Assembly: GCA_018398765.1 (NCBI GenBank)
Contig: JAHBMJ010000120.1
Location: 1-56,693 of the forward strand
Source of the DNA: Chromera velia
Taxonomy: Eukaryota
DNA length: 56,693 nucleotides
Reading direction: 5' to 3'
Within the stretch, counting starts at the first letter, position 1, and every line of letters starts with the position of its first letter. The translations under genes were made by a program, and so were the position numbers. The notes beneath the pieces are model-generated. The model was not told the DNA's origin and searched no databases. It saw only the letters and a list, made by a program, of their open reading frames with translations. Shown here in pieces: positions 12,477 to 24,989 of the stretch.

Positions 12477-13784
12477 TTCGGCACGCAAAATTTTTAAATT
12501 AAAAATGTTAAGATTGGCTGACCTTTACACAGAAGTTGGAATCAGCCGATCATTCTGACTTCCTTGACTGACAGACTTTCCTATAAAGTAGATGTCCCTT
12601 CCCTGATCATAGCTAAAGCCTCCTATATTCTATATTTGGTGCTCAGCATGGTCCGTCGGATTTCTTTTTCTCTTCCGTCGATTCCAGGAATGTCTACTCC
12701 TTCGCCTTCTGCGTTGTCTGGCCTTGATCGCTTCGACCATACTCTAGAGGAGCCAAAATATATCATCTCCAAGGTTGAGTGGGTGACTGCCATCCAGAAC
12801 AGGGCTGAAATGAAGACATGGGCCATTGCCTTTGGCCGGAACGCCAAACTCCACCTGTCAGAGAAGGCGATTCCAGATAAGGAAACAAGGATTGCGGCTT
12901 GGTCTGCGGCTTTCCACACAGGAGCCTCGAAAGGAAAGTTCCACAAGATGACCCACGACTTGGATAAGTTGGAACACAAGGGCTTCGAAGGACCAGAACT
13001 CTTTAAAAAAATAAAAAGTAGGCTTGTACCTCTAAAAGTAGACTTTTGCCCTCAAGTCGGACTTTTAAAAACATGATTCATACTATAAAAGTTTTTCTTG
13101 TATCTTGACCTCGATCTTGACTGATCCCGAATGGTCAAAACTATAATAAACTATAAGAGATTTAATATCCAAAAAAGTTTTTACATCTAAAAAAAATTTT
13201 AAACAAAAATGTATGGAGTTAAAACCTATGGCATATTATACAAAAGCAATCGTCAACTTAAATTTCTCTGAGTTTAAGTCGTTTGGTTGATCTAAAACCT
13301 AATTGAAAGGTACCAAAATTCTTAGTTTTTTTTTTGTTATTTCACAATTGTCCTTACTAAGGCTTATTTACTCTAATTTACCCTTACTTATAGCCAACAC
13401 AGTTATGTGCAATTATAATCTACGATCGATCAACCAATAAAAAAAAAAAAAATTAAATGAAATCGAAAGAAAACTCCAGACACTTGCAGAAGTGGTAAGA
13501 GTAAAGAAAGTCTAAAGAAAGCGCACGAAACAACAAGACAATCCGCCAAGCATACCCAAGGATGTGTATGGCGCCGGGCAAGTTGCATACACATTGCATG
13601 GGAGGAGGGCACGCGCGCGGCGCGCATTAATGCATTGTTAGGCCCCCGGCCCGCAGGGCGCTGTGCGCGTGATTTAATTTAGCCCCGGCTGTATGTATGA
13701 CCTGTGGCGGGGCATGCCGGGGCCCTCAACGGCCGGAAAAGCCGATTTTGCTCAAATTCAACAAATGAGAAATCGGCTTTCTAT

Positions 13785-13816
<32 letters not shown>

Positions 13817-14200
13817 CGATATATGACATCTCAGCTGCTGGAAAAAGAGTACTTCATCAACAACGTGTGAGTCATTTCAACGATTTGGTTCCATGCTGAG
13901 CGCTCCCGGAGAGCTTCTGGGTGGGTGAGGAGCACTTTGGTTCCGAAATTGAGGCTTGGACTGATGGACTCGAGGACCAGGCTTGAGGAGATCATAAACA
14001 TGCTGTCCACGTACGTGCGGGGGGCCGACCTGAGCAATACCGGGAGAAAGGGGGCTAGGAGGCCTCTATTAACTCAGGCAAGTCCATTTAGTAGGGAAAG
14101 ATAGCTCTTGATGAGAGGAATCACGACAATGGTTTTGTATCATACATACATATAAATAATTTCAACCCATATATGATAGGCCGACACATGCCAACACAGT

Positions 14201-14518
14201 GTCCCCTAGGTCATCTAAGGAAGCAAGAATCGAGCTTTGGGGTTCCAAAGAAGCAAGTTATCAATTGCTGGAAGCCTGTTTTCTTATATAATCTGTGTGA
14301 CGATTTCAAAATTTTTACCGAGGAAGGGCCGATCTCAGTAAAAATAGACAAACCCATGACAGACTGACAGCGCGTCCCCTGGGTCGTCTAAGGAAGCAAA
14401 AATCGAGCTTTGAGGTTCCAAAGAAGCAAGTTATCAACTGCCGGAAGCCTGTTTTCTTATACGGTCTGTGTGATGATTTCGAAATTTTTACTGAGGAAGG
14501 GCCGATCTCGGTAAAAAT
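14201..14518 (+). repeat. Tandem duplication of a 145-bp unit ending in a TTTTACYGAG...CTCRGTAAAA hairpin
   Basis: 14201-14345 and 14374-14518 align without gaps, with 13 differences that are all transitions. An inverted partial copy follows at about 14528-14585. Confidence 0.9.
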
Positions 14519-14864
14519 GGGTCTATCCATATTTTGACCCAGATCAGCCCCTTCCTGGTAAAATTTTTGAAATTATCACAGAGACAGGCTAACTTGGTAG
14601 GCATCCAGAGTTTCTGTGTTTACTTCTCATGCATGTTGTGTTCCGTTCCTTGCCTCTTCAGTCTGTCCAGGAGACCCATGATGTGGGATCTCTCTTTGGT
14701 CGATCTGATTCTCATGCAGATACTTGCATGTGATGTTGCGTGCAGGTACGTCTTCAATTATGCTTCAAGTACTTGGACAATTGTAGGAGCCTCGAGCAGA
14801 AGTCTAGCAATGGTCAGTCTTGCTTCAGTGAGTCTTGGTTGAATTCCTTGATCTTAGTCAGTCG

Positions 14865-15116
14865 TGGGTAAAAATGCAGGTGGGTCTGGGGGGGGGCGCA
14901 TTTTTACCGACAACGGCCCCTGCTCAGTAAAAATGCACCCCCCCTACTCCCACTTTGAAATTTTTCTGTATCTGTTGTGTGTCAAGAAGTTGTTTTCTGT
15001 CCTTTTCTCTGCTGCTTTGTATGCGCCACCCCCCCCAGCCCCCTGCATTTTTACCGAGAAGGGGCTGTTGTCGGTAAAAATGCGCTTCTCCTCAGATCCC
15101 CCTGCATTTTTACCCA
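14865..15116. mobile_element. MITE-like palindromic element
   Basis: Termini TGGGTAAAAATGCAGG / CCTGCATTTTTACCCA. The ~75-bp arms are built from repeated CATTTTTACC motifs. No clear TSD. Confidence 0.7.
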
Positions 15117-15319
15117 GATCACGTACTTTCCTCTACTTTTACACCCTTGCTCTCCTTTCTTTTTATTGCAGTCCACCTTGTTTGACAGTGTTGTTTCTAT
15201 ATCATGGTGGTGTTCTCTACCGCTGCCAAGTAGAGGTCTGAACTGTCAGAAAGGAACTTCTCTTGTCCGAGCCTCAGCATACCTATATCTGTGTCTACTT
15301 AGCTCTCCCTCCCTCTCCC

Positions 15320-15352
<33 letters not shown>

Positions 15353-15453
15353 TCTCTCTCTCTCTCTCCCTCTTTTCTCTCCTCGTGCCTTTGTCTATGA
15401 GTTCTTCATTCATTCTTTCTGTCACGTGCTCTCTCTCTCTCTCTCTCTCTCTC

Positions 15454-15492
<39 letters not shown>

Positions 15493-16684
15493 ATCCGTGA
15501 CCGTACGTGTCCGTGTGTGTCTGTGTCTGTGTCAATGTACGCCGGTGTCCACAAGCTAATGCAAGCATGTTTGGTTATGTGTATATATCATTGTCTGTTT
15601 GACTTCAGAATCTTTCTCCCCTCCTTCCCTCCCCTTCTCTCCCTATATCTCTCTCTATCTGTCCCTCCGTCTCTGTTCTGACATCGACTTGGAGTCTTCT
15701 CGGCACCTCCCTTTCCGCCTCCTCCTAGTATTTCCCCTTCCTCCCTGTTTTATCTTCGCTTTCTCTTTTGTTTTTCTCTATTTATCTCTCATTTAAATTG
15801 TCTCAATCCTGTGTACGTTTATTCCGTTTTTCCTTCTCTCAATCTTGTCACGCAGACTCTCGACTGCGACTTCCTCTTTGGACTCGCTTCTCTCCTCCCT
15901 ACAGTGACTGTCCCCTCTTCTTTCTGTATCCCTAAAGCTCTCTAGCCAAGCTCTTTTTATCTGCTCTCCTCCCCCCTTCTTTTTTTCTTCTCTCTCGGAG
16001 TCTTTTTTCTATCTCTTTCTTCTCTTTTTGACTTCTCACTGGAGGAAATCCTCCACTGAAATCATGCACCTTTCTTTTCTCTCTGTTGCCATATGAATTA
16101 CTCTTTCCTTTCCAATCGCTATGCCATTGGTTTAAACCGCATGAATTTTGTGTGATGGTATATATGCAGCTGCATTCCTTCCTGATTTGAAGGTTGTAGA
16201 CTAGGTTATAGATCGATAAGCAACGACCTGCGCCAATGGAATTCGCTTTAGATGCAACCCCCAGCCTGGGATATCATTTTTGCTTGAAGTTTACGTGTTT
16301 CCATGCACATGTATATAAATGACAGCTAAACTGTGCCGAAACATTTAATTTTGAAACATTTGTATCAGCTGCTGGGTTCGACGCGCACGCGCTATAGAAC
16401 TGGGTGTGCGCAAGCTGTTTTGAAGTTAGATCGCAGGCCGGCTTCTTTTTAAAAAATTCAGTGACATGCATTTATGAAAAATAATTCAAAAATCTAATTT
16501 GTTCAGCACTTAAAGCACAGATCTGAGTCAGATCATCTGACAAAGCAGTTTTTTAGTTTTTATTACTAATTAATAGACTATTAAATATTTTGTAAAAAAA
16601 ATGTTTATAATTAACTTTTAAACCATCGTAAACCATTCAGTCTAGATAAACTAGATTTTAAAGGAATTTAAGATTGCATGACAG

Positions 16685-19198
16685 CTCACACTGGTTGCTA
16701 GCACACTAAATTAGGGGGGTCACGGACTCCTAAAAAAAAACTTGATAATACTGTGGAAGGTAAGACATCAATGAAGTCCAACTGATTATTTGAATGTAAT
16801 TAACCCTTTGTAAGGCTTGCTAGCAGTGAACCCTAACCCTGTTTATTCTTGCCTAGCGGTACCTTTTGGCTGTCTAGCGGTACCGTTGGGCTGCCTAGCG
16901 GTACCCTTTGCCTGCCTAGCAGTGTTCTTTGCCTGCCTAACAGTCATTTTCGCCTGTCTAGCAGTTAGATTCAGCTGCCTAGCAATTAGATTCAGTTATT
17001 TAATAGTTGTATTTCATTATTTTATAGTGTTTAGTGGTTATAAAATAGTTAAAATGTGTTATAATAAGTATGAATGGGTTACACACGGGTTACTCAATAA
17101 ATTATTCAATAACCTCTTCAAAAACTCTAAAGACAATTATAGCATAATTCAAACTAAACAAACTAGTAAAGGAATTGATCGAATATGTTTTATTGATTGA
17201 TTGACAGGTCTAAGCAGCAAGCCATACTCATTCAGAAAGCTTCTAACCGCAGCCCCTACTGAGCCGTGTATTTGCAGGTTCAGAGGTTCTCACTCTACTA
17301 GTGAGACCATCATTCACGGCATGATTAATATGAAGACAAAATTGTGATATTCAACCACTGTCCACAAGCAAAAATTCACGCAAAAGAAAAGCTAAGCTGC
17401 TCAGTCAATCACAGAAAGTTGGAGAAGCAATCGTTGCTTGGGCCATCTCTTTCTCACTCAGGGACCCAGCTCAAGGACAGGGATATCATAATAATCGTTG
17501 CCCTTTTCCCCCGCCTGCCACCACAGAAAGATCTCTTTCTTTATTTTTTTCTTTTCGATCAAACAGAGAAGGGTAGAGAAGGATGATTAAACAGTGAGAC
17601 AGCAATTGAAGGAAAGTCTGTATAGGTCTATTCGAAGGACACAAAGAGAGACGACTTTTCAATCAAGGGGCCCCCATGATTCCCGATGCCCCCCCCATCT
17701 CGGAGCTTCGCACTCCGTAACGGTTCTTACCTTCGGCACCCCTTCCCTCACCCCCCCTCTCCGTTTCGCTGCTCGCTGAGTACTTTTGGAGAGTGAATCA
17801 GATAAAAAAGAAAGCGGAGGGGAGAGTGATAAGGAAGAGGGAACAGGTGGGAGAGAGAGTAGAGAAGAGAGTGAAGAAGAGTTTAAACCCAAATGTGACG
17901 AAATTTTTGATACATTTGGAATGACGGGAGAAGGAAGGGCTGGATGGGAGGAAAGAGAACACGAACGACAGAGGAAAAGAGAAAGTCTAGCAGAATTTTA
18001 GGAAGCTTTGTTAAAAAAAAACACGTTCTATGTTTTTAGAGGGATTTCTGGTGAGCCACAAAGAGATGCTGTGCTCCATCGTTGGTGCTTTTTAGGCAAA
18101 GTGGTGGAAATAGCTCCATACTTGCTCGCTGATGTATCGTCTTCTTCTTCTTCTGCTTCTTCTTCTTCTTTTTCTTCTTCTTCTTCGTTATCGCCGTCGT
18201 TGTCTTCTTCTTCTTCTTTTTCTTCTTTTTCTTCTTCTTCCTCTTCCTCCTCTTCTTTTCGCAGTCCGTCTTCAAGGTGGGATTTGAAAGTAGCGTGGCA
18301 CAGCCTTCGACTGTAGAGAATGGAAGATGCACATAAAAGTTTGGTGGATAGGGCTCAGACACACATCAACGACATGAGAGAATTTTACTCTCTTGGCTTG
18401 AGTCCTGAGGAGCTGCGTGCTCTGCCATCGTACAGTGGTGCAAAGAAGCAAACGTGTGCGTGGATCGAATACATTAGTCTTGAGGAGTATGAATTGTTGT
18501 GCAAGAATGTAGTCTTAATAAAGGGGCGCAAAATTCCGATGCATGTCTTACATTATTTGGCAGAGATCTTGAGTGAAGAAGAAGACTTTTCAGGGTTGGA
18601 GGTGTATATTCCAGATGTTATTGTTAGTAATCATGAAAAAGCTTCCTCTGGTTCTTCTTCTGCTAGTTCTTCTGTTTCAAGTGACTCCAAGTCTGATAAA
18701 GAGGACTGAATGTATTGTAATTAGCCCTGAATTATGCTAATTGTATGTTAAATACGTTTGAGTGTCATTTAATTTTTAATATAATTCAAAATTAATCGAA
18801 TAATTCATTGAGTAACCTATGCGTAACCCATTTATACTTGTTATAACATATTTTCACTATTTTACAACTACTAAACACTATAGAATAACTAAATGCAACT
18901 ATCAAACAACTGAATCTAACTGCTAGGCAGCTGAATCTAACTGCTAGGCAGGCGAAGATGACCGCTAGGCAGGCAAAAAACACTGCTAGGCAGGCAAAGG
19001 GTACAGCTAGGCAGCCCAACGATACCACTAGGCAGCCAAAAGGTACCGCTAAACAAGAAAAAACAGGGTTAGAATTCATTGCTAGCAAGCCTTACAAAGG
19101 GTTAATTACATTCAAGCAATCGGTTGGCTCTTTAATATTGACCTACTCCAAAGGGGTCTGTGGCCCTCCTATTTTAGTATGCTAGCAACCAGTATGAG
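16685..19198. mobile_element. ~2.5-kb element with ~420-bp TIRs containing 21-bp subrepeats, nested in the 6.4-kb element
   Basis: CTCA(C/T)ACTGGTTGCTAGCA termini. About 16685-17110 is the reverse complement of about 18790-19198. GCCTAGC(A/G)GT recurs at a 21-bp period. AG flanks both ends. Confidence 0.85.
17786..18709 (+). pseudogene. Cargo ORF of unknown function inside the long-TIR element
   Basis: ORFs 17786..18001, 18008..18316 and 18320..18709 share one frame and are separated only by single TAG codons. Acidic and poly-Ser tracts flank globular-looking segments. Confidence 0.6.
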
Positions 19199-20217
19199 AG
19201 TGTATTAGTTTCTATAAAATGTGCCACATTGTATATGACTAATATAGTCATGTTATATTTTTTTGTAAATAATTAGCTGATAAATAAATAATGTATGATC
19301 ATCTCTTTCATTCTCAATTATATGGTATTAGGTGGAAGATTTTAAATTTACTAATCGGCTAGAATTTAGGCTTTTTTGATTGAATTAAGATAAAAGTCCG
19401 ACTTGAGGGCAAAAGTCCACTTTTAAAGGCACAAGCCTGAGTGAGTATGAAAATTTAATGAGCAGGCGATTGAGACGCAGGAAGAGAAGGAAAAGTTTCG
19501 CGCCTTTGAGAGACGTGAAGCTAAGGAGCTGATCGATGCTTCTGACCGGATGGATGGGCAGATCCTCTCCTGCGAGAAGGCTGGCTACGTTTCCCCCGAA
19601 CCTGAGAAGAAGGAGGTCTTTGAGAACCTCATGACCGACGACGAGTTCGAAGGAGTCGTCACCGCCGCTGCCCTTGCCCAGATCATGATTTCTGCAATTA
19701 AGCAGAAGGCGGCAGAGGTGGAGGGCAAACCCGTCTCCCCCAAAGATGAGGATTCCAAGTTTGACTATGACAACCTCTCCTATGCCCTTCTACGAAAGAT
19801 CGCCCGCAATGTTGGGTTGATGCAGAAGCTCCATGCCATCAGATGGAGGAAGGTGAGAGATAGGGGGAGAGGGAAACAGCCTCGTGAGGACAGGGAGGTC
19901 GCCAACTCCACTCAGGACCGCAAGCCCCAGCAGCCCCGCAGCAGAAGCCAGTCCAGACAGCCTGAATCCCGCAGCGAGTCCAGCAGTGGGAAGGCCCCCA
20001 GGTACAAGGACTGCGGATACACTCTCCCGCACAAAGGCGAGGACAGCAAGTGCTCCGCTGTCGGCGCCACGTGCAAGGAGTGCGGAGAGAAGGATCACTT
20101 CACTTCCGTCTGCCCTGACAAGAAGAAGGATCACTTCGCTTCCGTCTGCCCTGATAAGAAGAAGGATGGGAAGAAGAGGGGCAAGGGGGGCAAGGGGCAG
20201 AAGAAAGGTTTCTGACC

Positions 20218-23200
20218 GTGTCGGACCGCTTGGATGGAGATGCTACCAGAGCTGGGGGGGCGAGTGTTACTTCAGTGTCGGTGCAGTCCAGAGGGAGTCA
20301 GCGGGAGAAAGCAGGAGCAGCAGCCATTCGCAACTGGGATCTTCTGCGTGTCAGCCCTCATGTCGATTCAATGTGCACTTTGTCTCTTTTCTCTTCTGAC
20401 ATGGATGAATATGCAGTGAGGGAATGGAAAGAAAAGAACGTGTATGATATTGCACGGTCAGATGCAAGGCTTGAGACAAAGCTGATGAAAGAGTATCGTC
20501 TCCCTGCTTTTGATGTCGAAAGAGGTGAATGGAGGAATGCATATGAAGTTACCGCTTTCTTCCCTGATATCGTTCACTCTCTTTTGTCTTTCCACTTCAA
20601 AAAAGTGAGTTTGGAGGAAGGCAGTAGTATTGTGTATCTGACTGACAAGAATGGAGAAAAGTTTCCTGCGCTTGTTGAATCCTTTGGGGGGTTGCCAGTC
20701 CTCGTCATGAAGGAAAGGCAGGAAGAAATGTCTCGTATCTGGGAGTTTGCTCACCCGGCAAAAGCAAAGCGGAAGACACCCCGCCGAGTCCGTTTTGCTG
20801 AGCCACTGGTGATAGAAACTTTCCTCTTTGAAAAGGAGAATGGAAACAAAAAAACAAAAAAGCTCAAAAGGGTGAAAAAAGAGGAGAGAGGCCAAAGGCT
20901 TAGACAGCTCAAGAACGGAAAAGAGAATGAAAACGCAGATAATGATGCAGATAGAAAGGAGAAGGAAGGACAGAAGCTTTCTTTTCCAGAGAAGGCAGAG
21001 GAAAGGAAGCGTTTTTTGCGTTTTTTGCATCATCGATATTCCCACGCGAGTGGGAAGTGTCTCTTTTTTACCTTGATTGAGAAAGGAATGGATGTCTCTT
21101 TGCATGACTGCGATGATATGCATGATGAATATCCTGCATGTGTCTTCGTGAATGCTCGTGCATGGAAGGTGCCTCGCTCTTCTTCTGATCGTGTCTCTGC
21201 CCCTCAGTCTTTCAATGACGTTGTCTTCCACGATTTGTTCAAATCGAAGTGCAGGGGGTAGGGGGATTTGTTTGGGTGTCTGTTCTTGTTGATGGAATAA
21301 CAAGAAAGATCGATTTGCTGCCACTGAAACACAAGTGGCAGGCGGTCACGCATCTCATTGCGTGGATGCAGAAGTACGAGAAGTTAGGGAAAGGAAAGCC
21401 GAAAGTCGTATGCTCTGACAATGGAGGTGAATTTACTGCCCGCTCGTATGAACGGTTTTGCAGGCAGAAAGGCATCCATCATGAGTTTGGGGCACCTTAC
21501 ACTCCCGAATCCCAAGGTCGAGTGGAGAGGGTGAACGCTTCAGTAAAGGCCCTCGTTCGGAAGTTCTTTCTGTCTCTCTGTTTTCCGTCCTTTCTTTGGC
21601 CTTTCTTCCTGCAGAGTGTTGCACAGCAGTTGAATGCGACTGTGTATTCAGCGACAGGTCTTTCCCCAGATGTTGCTGTGTTTGGAAAGGGCTCTGCAGG
21701 GGTGTCTCCGGTAACTGTCGGGAACTAAGTGCGCTTTGTTGATAGGGCGCCAGGGCATATGCAGGGATGGGAGCCAAGAGGGGAGGTTGGGTTTTTTGGG
21801 GGTGTTCTTTCGATGAAGGTTGTTTCTGTTGTGTGCAACCGCAAGGGTAGATGGGTGGGGGTGCGACTCCATCCATCTCAGGACCGTCTCCATCGGTGGG
21901 TGGGGGAAGAAGGAGCTGATTGCCTTTCCCGTCAGCAGCAGCAGTCCCACCGTTTAGATGATGAGGAGACGGACGTCCCCAGTTCCAATAACGATGATGA
22001 TGGGTCCGATTTTGATATGGAGCTCCCTGTCCAACGCACTGTGGTTTAGACTGCGGTGCAAAAACGGGGGCTGCCTGTGTTCATAGAGTCCTTTGACGAG
22101 GATGCAGACGTTTCTGGGGGTGGAGCTGAGCCAGCAGCGCCCCTGAATGAAGGAGACGGTTCGGGCCCGCCAGTGGAGTCGTCAGAACAAAAGAAGGGGG
22201 TGATAGCACGAAGAACAGAGGGGGCCTGGTTTCCTGTACAAGTGATAAGAGAGGGAAAGAGGCGCATTGACGTGGGTGTTCTTCAACAAAGCCCCCGAAC
22301 AGGACAGTGGAAGCCGTCTCGTTTAGAGGAAATCGATGACCGCAAGGGTGATGAAGTGGCTACCCACTTCCAATTTGGGGAGGGAATGCAGATCCCTGCC
22401 GAGGCGCTCGCACGCGTTCATGGCAGGGGAGAAGGAGCGAGTGGAGATTTCCAGAGGAGGGGGGAAGAGCGTCTGACTCAGCCGCCTGGGACCCTTCTGT
22501 AGAAGCAGAAAAAGACGCCATTCAGTATTCTGACATTCCGGACTCTGATTCTGTGCACAGCGACGATGACGATTCGCTCTTCGGAGTGAATGCCCTTGCT
22601 CCAGATGCTTCCACCGGTGGTCAGCTCGGTTCCACCGGTGAGGGGTGTGTGGGAGGAGCAAGTGAGGAAGTCAAGCAGCCAGAGTTTGTTGGGTTTTGTC
22701 GTCTGAAACGGAAAGCGCATAGAGAAAAGAAGAGAGCCTTTAGAACGAAGCAGAAGGCAGGAAAGCGTTTTGACAAAGCGCTTTCTCTTGTTCTGCAAGT
22801 GCAGAAAGCCGTAGCTGCACGCAAGCTCGTATCTCGAGAAGAGAACTGGATGAAAAGACACGTTGAGGCAACAGCAGAAGAGATTCGTCAGGGACTCTTC
22901 AAGGAGAGTGACAAAAAGGAATTCCATAGGTGGAAGGACTGCTTTGTTTTTGTGCTCAATTCTGCGATGGAGGCAAATGAGGCAAGAGCAAAAAGAAAGA
23001 AACCACTGACACTTTGAATTGTGCGCATATGGAAATTGAAGAATGGAGAGAGGGTAGCTAAGAGTAGACTTGTCGTCAGGGGGTTTGAGGATAAAAGGAA
23101 GTTTGTGGAAACGTATTCGGGAACTGCCGATTCCGGGCTTGTGAGGGCCTCCATTGTGTTGGGTCTGACGAGAGGGTTGAAAGCAGCCAAGTCGGATATC

Positions 23201-24359
23201 TCCACTGCATTCTTGCAGTGCCCCTATGAGGACGAGGACATTTGGTTGTCTCTCCCCTCTGACCTTCCTTTCCATATCATCCTAGAGCTGCGAGCAAGCC
23301 TTATGGTGAAAATCCAAAGGGCTGCCTACGGGTTGAAGGACGCTCCAAAGAAGTCATGGCAGTGAAAGAGGGATGGGCAGAGATAGCAGAAAGCATTCTT
23401 GTTAAGAGAGACAGAAAGGGGGATGCGTGTGGCCTTCTGTTAATGTATGTCGATGACTTGTTTCTCTTTGTGTCAGATACATATGGAAAAGTCAGAAAGT
23501 TGCAGAAGCACATTCAGATGGATGATCTGGAAGTGATGGATGACGGTGAGTTGTATGCATACACAGGTATGTCTGTGCACATGGTTAGTTCCACCATGTT
23601 GTGGGATCTCTTGTTCCGGGAGGGGAAGGAGAGATAAAGAAAGCAGTCAAACTGACAAACAAAGATCTCCTTGTGTCAGCAGACGAAGAGATCGACATGT
23701 TTCTTCAAGAGCAGCATCAAAAGAAAGTCGGGAAGCTCGGTTGGTTGGTGAATAGTCAGCTGCATCTTTTTTTCCTATTTTCTGCTCTCTCGAAGAACAA
23801 CTCTCGTCCGTCTGCTCGTTCCCTTCGTGCGGTTGACAAGGCACTTGTTTATGCTCAGCAGACGCATCGTGCTCTTGAGTTGAAGGGATTGAACGAAGGA
23901 GAGCATCCTATCTTGGTAGGGTGGGTCGATGCATCCTACAAGTTGTCAGAAAAGACAGGGAGGAAGGGACTTGAATTCCAGATTGTGAGTCAGTCTGCCT
24001 TGAAGGACCTTTGTGCGCTTGGGTACGTGAATACGGTTACATGGAGGTCGAAAGGAGAAGGTAGGAAGCTTGGCAGTACCACTGCAGCTGAGCTTCTGGC
24101 TCTGAGAGATGGATGCAAGGAAGCATACCGGTACAGGGATTTATTGAAAAAGCTGTTCGGGTATGAGATTCCTGTCATAATGGTGAGTGATTCTCAGCCA
24201 CTCATGTTTCAACTCGCGAGTGGCCAGTCCATGAGTGAGCCTCGATTTCAGGGGGAGCTTGATTACACTCGTGAAATGATCAAAGACTAGGATCAAAGAG
24301 TTAAACGCGAATGTGAAGTGGATGCCTACAAGATCTCAGCATGCCGACAGACAGACTAA
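20218..24359 (+). pseudogene. Copia pol (protease, integrase, RT, RNase H) with many stops and frameshifts
   Basis: PR-like HVDSMCT; HHRYSH...C; integrase VFHDLF, SDNGGEF and [39 protein letters not shown] and MYVDDL; RNase H GWVDASY, STTAAELLAL and SDSQ. Confidence 0.93.
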
Positions 24360-24989
24360 ATTCCTGCATGTATGACTTGTCTGCTCTGCCTCTTACATGG
24401 ATTGATTCATGTGTTCAACGTATGCCAATCCATGGAGGGTGATTATAAAGTTGAGCAGGCGTGCATGCGATCGAGAGACGGCACGCATTGGGACCGACAT
24501 GCCCTAGCCGGGCCCGGGACATATGGCTCACGCGGATCCATGTTGCAGAGTCGAATCAATTGCATCCGATTGATCGTTTAAGATTGACTGACCTTTACAC
24601 AGAAGTCGGAATCAGCCGATCATTCCAACTTCCTTGACTGACAGACTTTCCTATAAAGTAGATGTTCCTTCCCTGATCGTAGCCAAAGCCTCCTATATTC
24701 TACAAAATGAAGTCTGACACTAACTTTATAACCATCTAAATCCATCCATTGTCTATACATAAAAATTTATATAAAAACTGGTGCACTTATTGTAAAATGC
24801 GATAGATACATGAATGCAATGTCAGTTCACTTTTCAATTATTACATAGAGGAGGAAATGTCAAAGGAAATCCTGGATGGGAGCGGGTCCATGTCTTTCCG
24901 CGACGGCATCTGAAGAGGTCGTTTGTTTGACTTTCTGCTCACAGAGATCGTTAAAATTCTATTAACACTCTCTATTTCCCACATCTTTC

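Larger units (their letters stand above)
13019..19439. mobile_element. ~6.4-kb TIR-bounded DNA-transposon-like element inserted in copia gag
   Basis: ~48-bp TIRs (T/C)AGGCTTGT(A/G)CCT(C/T)TAAAAGT(A/G)GACTTTTGCCCTCAAGTCGGACTTTTA. Removing the element restores the gag sequence. The TSD reads as AG (2 bp) or RAGT (4 bp). No intact transposase seen. Confidence 0.85.
12648..20215 (+). pseudogene. Copia gag, split by the insertion at 13019-19439
   Basis: The N-part (MVRRISF...ELFKKIKS) resumes after the insertion (EYE..FNEQAIETQEE...MDGQ). It carries a CCHC knuckle CKECGEKDHFTSVC and stops at TGA 20213-20215. Confidence 0.8.
12508..24704 (+). mobile_element. Defective Ty1/copia LTR retrotransposon, interrupted by a nested insertion
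   Basis: The partial 5' LTR 12508-12634 matches 24578-24704 of the 3' LTR (about 24444-24704). A candidate PBS TGGTGCTCAGC follows the 5' LTR and a purine tract precedes the 3' LTR. Domain order is gag-PR-IN-RT-RH. Confidence 0.93.

Noticed and set aside
16829..16840. AACCCTAACCCT telomere-like motif
   Set aside because: Only two units, and not conserved in the partner TIR.
16850..16990. Regularly spaced short repeats resembling a CRISPR array
   Set aside because: The 21-bp period leaves no unique 30-40-bp spacers, there are no cas genes, the context is eukaryotic, and the array is mirrored in the other TIR.
16817..19088. Paired 'CLAVPFG' repeat ORFs (16817..17200 plus and 18792..19088 minus)
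   Set aside because: They are the 21-bp subterminal repeats of the inverted TIRs, not proteins.
20458..23275. Long antisense ORFs over copia pol (20458..21324 and 22478..23275)
   Set aside because: Shadow frames of pol with no independent motifs.
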